In this document: one piece after another, positions 62,202-64,000 of the stretch | How the letters are laid out: each line of letters begins with the position of its first letter | Numbering within the stretch: position 1 is the stretch's first letter | NCBI GenBank assembly: GCA_040954595.2 | Contig: CM082588.2 | Location: forward strand, 670,613-734,612 | Source: Balanoglossus misakiensis | Lineage: Eukaryota; Animalia; Hemichordata | DNA length: 64,000 bases | Direction of reading: 5' to 3' | Translations under genes and position numbers: made by a program | The notes under the pieces: generated by a model | Seen by the model: the letters and a program-made list of their open reading frames with translations, nothing else | Told to the model about the DNA's origin: nothing | Databases searched by the model: none

Positions 62202-63808
62202 CACGATTCAGTGTCCATGGCAACGATGACTGACAGGTTACCCGATCATATCGACATCTTTATTGACTTTACTGTGTTCCCATGGAAACTGATGAATGGA
62301 TGGTGTACTGAAAACACAATTGACGGAATTAGGTGAAAGTGTTTGATGTCATTATCAACAGAGGCTGTCCATTAAAGTCTTGGTACCATTTTTTTTATTT
62401 ATGTCCAAGCTTGAGTAAATGTTTTTTTTTATCTCCTTTCTTCTGACAGTCATATCGATTGATATGGAGCTTATCAGATAAGCCGATTGTTGACATCTAT
62501 CTGTCTGTCGACACATCAACAATCGACTTCATCTCTTAAACTGGTGTACTGATTGCTTTGAAATTTGATTTAGAGATTGCAAGATTTTTTTTTTAATTAT
62601 GCTGAAATTTGAATATCAATTTTTTTTTCTGAAACTGTTTATCCAGTTGCATTATACTTTGACATGCCAGTTTCTATGGTAACCTATGTTAGGTTTGTTC
62701 AACTTGTGGTGCCAGAACCTTCTAACTGAAATATACTTTCATGAAAAACTGCTTTACAACAAGACCTTGGTGTACAACCAATGTTGATAATGACATAAAC
62801 ATGGAGTTTTCTGATCATGCAGACTTTCTCCATTTCTTTATAACAAAGTTACAGATAATTATACTTAAATGCTTTTCTGCATCAAAGAAATTGTAATTCA
62901 GACATTTTTGAGTTGTTTTGTTCCGTGTTGCAATAGTTTCAATTTTCTTGAATTCAATGTGAAATGCTCATTTTTCAGTTTGTCAGCACAGCCTGGATAC
63001 AAGTCACCAACATTATTTTTGTCAAGTTGAACTTTTAAAAGTTAGAATAGCCATGCACAATGGGCATTTGGGGATACCCCACCACCAGATTTCCACGGAA
63101 AAATAACATTTTCAAATGCATATTTAATCATTTATGTCAAAACTATGTTTTATGAGTAATTTGAAGGTCTCTGTTTCCACTGAATCACCTCGTACAAGCT
63201 GACGAGCAAGTTGAATAAAACGAAAGATGTAGTAACTCGTCGTTGATGGCGCAATTGGAAATTGTTACGAGCAAGTGGAGGTATATTTTGTGAAGTCATC
63301 TAGAAATCCAATCTTGATACAACAACAGCATTATTAACTCTTTTTGAGTACTACATATATTAATAATATTATTATTATTATAATCATCATTACATATATT
63401 ATTCAGTGATTATCATGCATGCTGTTATTTCTGAGTGATACAACACTGCTCTTCACTTGATGTAAATCAGGAACCAAAAACTGACGTTTCCATTTTCTCA
63501 ATTTAAGAGCTTTTGGTGTGTTCATATGATAGTGACAAGCTGATAGTTTAAATTGTACCTGGATTGCATTAAGCATTGAAAATGCATATCAATGAATATT
63601 TACTCTGGCTAATTGAACTGTGTGTCTAGTTGACTCTATGATGCATGAAAGTTCATGTGAATATTCATAACTAAGATAATAAAAATATGATTTGGATGCC
63701 AATAGCTGTTCCTCGCACAAAACTTTGTCAGTTTCACATCACTCTGCCTGGTTCAACCTCAATATCAACCATGTGTCCTAGCTCTTAGTCTTGCTGATGT
63801 CCCCTATC

Positions 63809-63979
63809 TCATTTCCAGTTTGATACACAACTTCGGAAGATGAAGCAAGAAGTATAAAATACAGATACAAAACCACAGAAGACATATCCCTTGGAATCCA
63901 TAGGGGCGCCCTGAGCACGCAGGACCTGCCCGTGATCGATATCCCAAATACACGTACAAAGTAATTGGAACGCAAAGAC
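63809..63979 (-). CDS. Possible last exon of a gene extending beyond the window (hydrophobic peptide)
   Basis: Acceptor ttttcgggatag at 63980; one frame reads VFAFQLLCTCIWDIDHGQVLRAQGAPMDSKGYVFCGFVSVFYTSCFIFRSCVSNWK*. All three frames are open here, so the frame is uncertain. Confidence 0.3.
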   Translation of the reverse strand, partial: VFAFQLLCTCIWDIDHGQVLRAQGAPMDSKGYVFCGFVSVFYTSCFIFRSCVSNWK

Positions 63980-64000
63980 CTATCCCGAAAACATAAAATG

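Noticed and set aside
62468-62493. Resemblance to miR-21 (AGCTTATCAGA...TGTTGA)
   Set aside because: Only a partial match with an insertion, it straddles the hairpin base, and miR-21 is a vertebrate family; probably coincidence.

Overview
Gene-dense, intron-rich animal genomic DNA, probably an invertebrate deuterostome (inferred from gene content and style, not tested). By reading splice sites by hand I reconstructed these genes: two intronless NRY-type class A GPCRs; the N-terminal five exons of a KIF25-like kinesin-14 whose motor exons are not visible, so the GPCRs are probably nested in its intron; an SCI1-like protein; two tandem C-type lectins; WDTC1; a VwkA-type stand-alone vWA protein; CD164/endolyn; a 3xBIR-UBA-RING IAP followed by a BIR-less RING paralog; a MAM3/plant-type DUF21-CBS metal transporter; and AMD1 (SAM decarboxylase). 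A non-autonomous PIF/Harbinger-like element and several microsatellites are also present. The most interesting signals are in RNA processing: three candidate alternative last exons of the DUF21 transporter that add or remove a dileucine lysosomal sorting signal, a U12-type intron in AMD1, a 15-nt CD164 microexon whose skipping creates a stop codon at the junction, and candidate translational controls on AMD1. No prokaryotic systems, CRISPR arrays, tRNAs or rRNAs were seen. All homology calls come from recalled motifs, not database searches.
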